59,888 bases of DNA from positions 1 through 59,888 of IMG/VR virus record IMGVR_UViG_3300025132_004452; one strand, written 5' to 3'. The DNA comes from a virus. Its lineage: Duplodnaviria > Caudoviricetes. Position 1 is the stretch's first letter; each line of letters begins with the position of its first letter. The notes beneath the pieces are model-generated. The model was not told the origin of the DNA, did not search any database, and worked only from the letters and a program-made list of their open reading frames with translations. Positions 55,969 to 59,888 of the stretch are shown piece after piece. Made by a program: the position numbers and the translations under genes.

Positions 55969-58194
55969 TTATTTGTTTATTTTTGAAATAAAACCATCAT
56001 TATCGTATTTTGCAAAATTTAAATTTACTGGTTGTTTACTTCTTATTAAATTAGGTCTATATTTATTCTTATTGCAAGCCATTATGGCTAGTCCAGAACT
56101 TATTGAAGCATCGTGCTTTGTTCTATTGTTAATATTAAAAGCAGCCCAATCTTCTAAAGTTTTTTGATGATACATATCACCCCAAGAGTCATTCGCAAAA
56201 CCAACATAGTTTTCTACATAAAACTCTATAGCAGCAGCATGCGCTTGCTTAATATCTTCACTTGAGTTTGGTATACCACCTATTTCTTTTTCTGTTACAG
56301 ATAATCTATTCCAAAGTTTATCAGGACGATTCATACTATAACCTCTATAACCTCTTCTTCTCAAGTAGTATAATAATCTAGGTTTATTATTTTCTGCAAG
56401 TATAGGCATACCATAAAAAACCAAAGCCATAAGCACGTCTTCAAAAAATATTTCAGCAGTCTGTGGTCTAGCTATGTATTCTAAAAAGAAATGATGAGGA
56501 GGTGCATCCTCCATACTAAATTTTGTTAAGCCGTGTAAAGATCCATTAGATCCTTTACCGTCAACAGTACCTGATATATCATAACTATCACAACCAAAAC
56601 CTCCTAAATGCTCATTACCAGGGTATTTAATACCGTTCTTTATTATAATGTTGTTTTGTAAGTTTTTGTTAGGAACCCAACTAACCATAAATCTTCCATT
56701 TTGGTCTGGTACAAATACCACTCTAGTATCTCTTATTCCACCTTCCCAAATAAACTTACCTTTAGTTACGTTAGCAGTATTATTTATTTCTTGATTATAA
56801 TCTATTTGTTCGTAAATTTTTATAAGATTAAATAAACTTTGTTTAGTTTCATCTCTAAAAGCGTGCTGCTCGGTTCTTGGAAACTGTCTATAGTATTCAT
56901 TTAAACTATCTTGATCAGATTTTAATCCATCTACTTCATTTTCCCAATGCTCTATTACTCCTGTTTCAATTGGTAAACCGTCGACTCCGATTGTTTTATT
57001 TTTTGGCGTAACAAATACAGGTGATCCAAAAGTATCCATGAATCCTTCGTAGTTCCATTCCATAGGGATGAAAAGAGAATAGAGTCCGCTAGAAGTTTGT
57101 CCGTTTCTATTTCTTTTTGTAACGTCTGAATTGTAGTAAAGTTTTTTGAAGTTATTTCCACCTTTATCTAATGCATTTGAAGTTGAGCCCATCATACATT
57201 TACCTACGATTCTACGTCCTAGTCTTAATGTAGTTTTTGTAACTCTCCAGTTATTTAATATGTTGTCAGGTCTTTCCCATTTACCACTTTCATCATGGGC
57301 TAGTATTTTTAACTTTTCACCATCATAAGAGTTATCACCTGTGTTTTTCCAATCAATTGTTGTATCTAGTCCTTTTAATTCAGCTAGTTTAACATTGTCA
57401 TCTAGTTTACGTCTAGTAAGTTTTGAAGCTGGGACTCTATATGCCAGTTCGGTCTTAGGACGATCCATACCGTCTTGGATTGGTTTGAAAAAAAACGGAT
57501 AGTTAACGGATATTGGTACAACTTTGTCTGTGAACATTTTTTTAGCATCTGCTCCAGATTTTGAAAGGATACCGAATCTCGCGTCTGAAGATATAGTGGC
57601 TTGGTTAACAAGTTCTGCTGATGACATAAAGGAGAAACCAGACCGTCTGTTTTTAAGGTAACACATTCCGTAACATCTAATATCGGCTTTACACGCTTCC
57701 CAAAAAATGAAGAATAATCGATTTGCTTCTCTATAATCTGGTGCTCCAATGTCAATTTTTGACCATTGCAAATACATGTAATGAGTACCAGTAATATAAG
57801 TGGCCATACCACCATTATAGAACCAATAACCCAGTTCTCTGCGTTTAAATTCTTCATCTATATAATTATACCATTTTTCTTTAAAATCACTAGGATACTC
57901 ATCCCAATCAAACCTACTTTTAATTCTAGCTAGTTCTTTTGGGTATTCTTGTTTTTCCCAGTATTGCTCCGCTTTGTTTTCACTTCGTTTAAAAGGTTCA
58001 TCTGCTTTTGGTAAAGCAATGCGTAGGTTTTGAATTTCAATGATCTGTCCAATTTGTCCAGTTTTACTAATTACTATAAAATCATAATCTGCATTATAAC
58101 CATACTCCCATTTTTTTAACCTATTTTGTTTAGATAATATTTTAGGGTTGACTATATCTTTTACTTCTTTCCAAAGCGTTTGTTCATAACTCAT
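55969..58194 (-). CDS. terL: Terminase large subunit
   Basis: LKNRRSGFS Walker A, ILAHDESGK Walker B, GST motif, GCD and ENN nuclease motifs, HDASI. Confidence 0.92.
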   Translation of the reverse strand: MSYEQTLWKEVKDIVNPKILSKQNRLKKWEYGYNADYDFIVISKTGQIGQIIEIQNLRIALPKADEPFKRSENKAEQYWEKQEYPKELARIKSRFDWDEYPSDFKEKWYNYIDEEFKRRELGYWFYNGGMATYITGTHYMYLQWSKIDIGAPDYREANRLFFIFWEACKADIRCYGMCYLKNRRSGFSFMSSAELVNQATISSDARFGILSKSGADAKKMFTDKVVPISVNYPFFFKPIQDGMDRPKTELAYRVPASKLTRRKLDDNVKLAELKGLDTTIDWKNTGDNSYDGEKLKILAHDESGKWERPDNILNNWRVTKTTLRLGRRIVGKCMMGSTSNALDKGGNNFKKLYYNSDVTKRNRNGQTSSGLYSLFIPMEWNYEGFMDTFGSPVFVTPKNKTIGVDGLPIETGVIEHWENEVDGLKSDQDSLNEYYRQFPRTEQHAFRDETKQSLFNLIKIYEQIDYNQEINNTANVTKGKFIWEGGIRDTRVVFVPDQNGRFMVSWVPNKNLQNNIIIKNGIKYPGNEHLGGFGCDSYDISGTVDGKGSNGSLHGLTKFSMEDAPPHHFFLEYIARPQTAEIFFEDVLMALVFYGMPILAENNKPRLLYYLRRRGYRGYSMNRPDKLWNRLSVTEKEIGGIPNSSEDIKQAHAAAIEFYVENYVGFANDSWGDMYHQKTLEDWAAFNINNRTKHDASISSGLAIMACNKNKYRPNLIRSKQPVNLNFAKYDNDGFISKINK

Positions 58195-58466
58195 TTACTA
58201 CGCCCTTCTGCAAAACCTCTAAAAGATGATTCTTCTTTCTTTTCTTTAGGTTTACCACTTAGTAATTGCTCTTCTTCTTCAATACGCTTAAGTATTTCAA
58301 AAGCGTCGAATATAGCTAGCTTTTTTGTAGCAGCAGCATTTTTTAACCTATCAGCTGAAACATCTTCTCCTGTGTCTACTATTGGTTCTTGAGCTACTTT
58401 TATTAGCTCTTTAACTGCTAACTGCCCAGCTTGGATTATATTCTTCTTCGTCTCCTTGGTATTCAT
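58191..58466 (-). CDS. Putative terminase small subunit
   Basis: Helical, translationally coupled to terL. Confidence 0.45.
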   Translation of the reverse strand: MNTKETKKNIIQAGQLAVKELIKVAQEPIVDTGEDVSADRLKNAAATKKLAIFDAFEILKRIEEEEQLLSGKPKEKKEESSFRGFAEGRSK

Positions 58467-59004
58467 GTGTTAAGGCTATATCATTAGATTTCATACAATA
58501 AAGGCGTTCGCCTTCAATAATAAACTCAAACTCTGAGTTGGGAGTGAATACAACAAGTGCTCCAGGATGTAATCCTACACGTTCTAAGGACTTATTAGAA
58601 TATTTTAATACACCAAAGTATTCTCTTTCTTTTTTGTTATGTATATTGTCTATACCTTTTATAGGTTTTACAAAACAATAATTTAAATGGCATTTATCAT
58701 TATACATATATATCTGCTGTGGAGAGCAAAAATACATATTATCTTTAAAATATGTGCCACTATTCTTTTCTCTACCTTTTACATCATAGTATCTTCTAAA
58801 AACATTATGATGAACATATACATTATCACCAACTTTTATTTTAGTTTTATAAGCAGCTGGAATAGAAACTACAACTGCTTTTTTACTAACAAAAATATGA
58901 TTTTCAATATTGGTGTTTACTATAAGTTCTTTACCATTTACATTTTTAGTATTGTCATATCTTTCTTCTAAAGGCTTGACAATAAAATCATATAAACTCT
59001 TCAT
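58411..59004 (-). CDS. Tandem GroES-like (double Cpn10) protein
   Basis: Two units: FIVKP...AVVV...IKVGDNVYV and CFVKP...GVL...PGALVVF...IEGERL..MKSNDI. Confidence 0.6.
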   Translation of the reverse strand: MKSLYDFIVKPLEERYDNTKNVNGKELIVNTNIENHIFVSKKAVVVSIPAAYKTKIKVGDNVYVHHNVFRRYYDVKGREKNSGTYFKDNMYFCSPQQIYMYNDKCHLNYCFVKPIKGIDNIHNKKEREYFGVLKYSNKSLERVGLHPGALVVFTPNSEFEFIIEGERLYCMKSNDIALTHEYQGDEEEYNPSWAVSS

Positions 59005-59231
59005 TAATATGTTAAGTCAAATTCAACAGATATAGCCATATTTTTATTAAACTTTTTCCAAGGTAAAACTTCATTATTCTTTTTTATATAAATAGAATAT
59101 TCCCCGTTGTTTTCATTGTTTAATATATCACATATAGTATGGCCACCATAAACCTCTTGACCTAAAGAATAATGCATAGCATCATTTTTATAGTCAGAAC
59201 CTATACTTATTTTTCTAATAACTTTTGACAT
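59004..59231 (-). CDS. Hypothetical protein
   Basis: IRKISIG.DYK.DAMHY. Confidence 0.7.
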   Translation of the reverse strand: MSKVIRKISIGSDYKNDAMHYSLGQEVYGGHTICDILNNENNGEYSIYIKKNNEVLPWKKFNKNMAISVEFDLTY

Positions 59232-59488
59232 TACGAAACAGGTTCTTCAATTTCTTCTTTTGACTCTATTTTTTCATAACTTCCGTCATCAAGATTTACT
59301 TCTATAGATCCATAAGTTTTTTCTAAAGCGCTTTTTTGTTCACCTATTTCAGTGTTTAAAATAGCTATGTCATGAAGTAACCCATGCTTTTGAGTTTCTA
59401 AAACCCCTATGTCAGATACTAATCTTTGCAACTTTTCTTGTTGACCTTTTATAGTTTCTAATTCTTCTTTTGTTATTTTATTTTCCAT
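59231..59488 (-). CDS. Coiled-coil protein
   Basis: Heptad pattern; YG...NL.DG C-terminus. Confidence 0.7.
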   Translation of the reverse strand: MENKITKEELETIKGQQEKLQRLVSDIGVLETQKHGLLHDIAILNTEIGEQKSALEKTYGSIEVNLDDGSYEKIESKEEIEEPVS

Positions 59489-59513
59489 TTAATTTAATTT
59501 AATTGTATTTGTT

Positions 59514-59765
59514 TTACTCTCCAGGTCCTGCATTTGGATCTGTCCAAGCTGCCGTTGCCATCAAAGCTAAAGCTTCTTCATGATTCATTGTACTTACCGG
59601 AGTTAATGAACCATTAGTAATAAAACTAGGCTCAACTTGGTAAGACAATAACCCTTGAGTGTTTGCTAAGTTTCTTCTCATTGTTTGAGCTGAAGACTGA
59701 TTCACTTGACTGAACAAAATAGCATTTGTATCGTCTAAGTTTATTACTGCATAAGTTGTTGCCAT
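59514..59765 (-). CDS. Small protein downstream of the LamG fibre (possible fibre chaperone)
   Basis: ORF track; position. Confidence 0.6.
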   Translation of the reverse strand: MATTYAVINLDDTNAILFSQVNQSSAQTMRRNLANTQGLLSYQVEPSFITNGSLTPVSTMNHEEALALMATAAWTDPNAGPGE

Positions 59766-59825
59766 TGTTTAATTGTTATTTGTTATCTTGTTGTTATTTA
59801 TATATTTACTTGTTTAATTTCTTTT

Positions 59826-59888
59826 TTACGATGATATATCCGGTACGCTAGACGTTTTATCATCAGCTGCCATATTAATTGAAAAAGC
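59826..59888 (-). CDS. C-terminal end of a gene entering from beyond the window, probably the LamG protein begun at 642
   Basis: AFSINMAADDKTSSVPDISS-stop, open to the window edge. Confidence 0.55.
   Translation of the reverse strand, partial: AFSINMAADDKTSSVPDISS

Noticed and set aside
1-59888. Prophage/integrase module or alternative genetic code
   Set aside because: No integrase, repressor or host flanks recognised; genes are long and densely packed under the standard code.

Overview
An AT-rich dsDNA tailed-phage genome, apparently near-complete and circularly permuted: both window ends appear to fall in the same LamG-type tail-associated gene. It is podovirus-like (crAss/phi38:1-style portal, capsid, ring, muzzle and ejection module). 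The host is most likely Bacteroidota (Flavobacteriia-like), judged from A/T-rich non-Shine-Dalgarno start contexts and a Bacteroidota-type lipoprotein. There are two arms: a + strand early/replication arm (about 11.9-27.7 kb) and a - strand structural/lysis/chaperonin arm. They diverge at a non-coding control region (about 11.5-11.9 kb) and converge at a terminator (about 27.74 kb). Main observations: (1) a 3154-aa virion ejection protein divided by recurring (K/P)(F/L)S(K/L)T linkers into a zincin protease, a sigma-factor-like module and a HAD phosphatase, suggesting an injected, self-processed sigma factor; (2) seven copies of a 32-bp early promoter-like element, TACAAACTAAAYACRA-N8-AGATAATA, several positioned for leaderless mRNA; (3) a T4 gp42-type dCMP hydroxymethylase (Asp at the specificity site) beside GIY-YIG/MazG and a second NTP-PPase-like gene, with no recognisable DNA polymerase; (4) a 45-47 bp TGACA...TGTCA element found twice in the control region and once over the start of an HTH gene; (5) a 12-aa CxxC-x3-CxxC ORF after the class II RNR; (6) a truncated tRNA-like structured RNA; (7) GroEL/GroES plus a tandem GroES-like gene. 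All protein calls come from motif recognition by eye; no searches were run.
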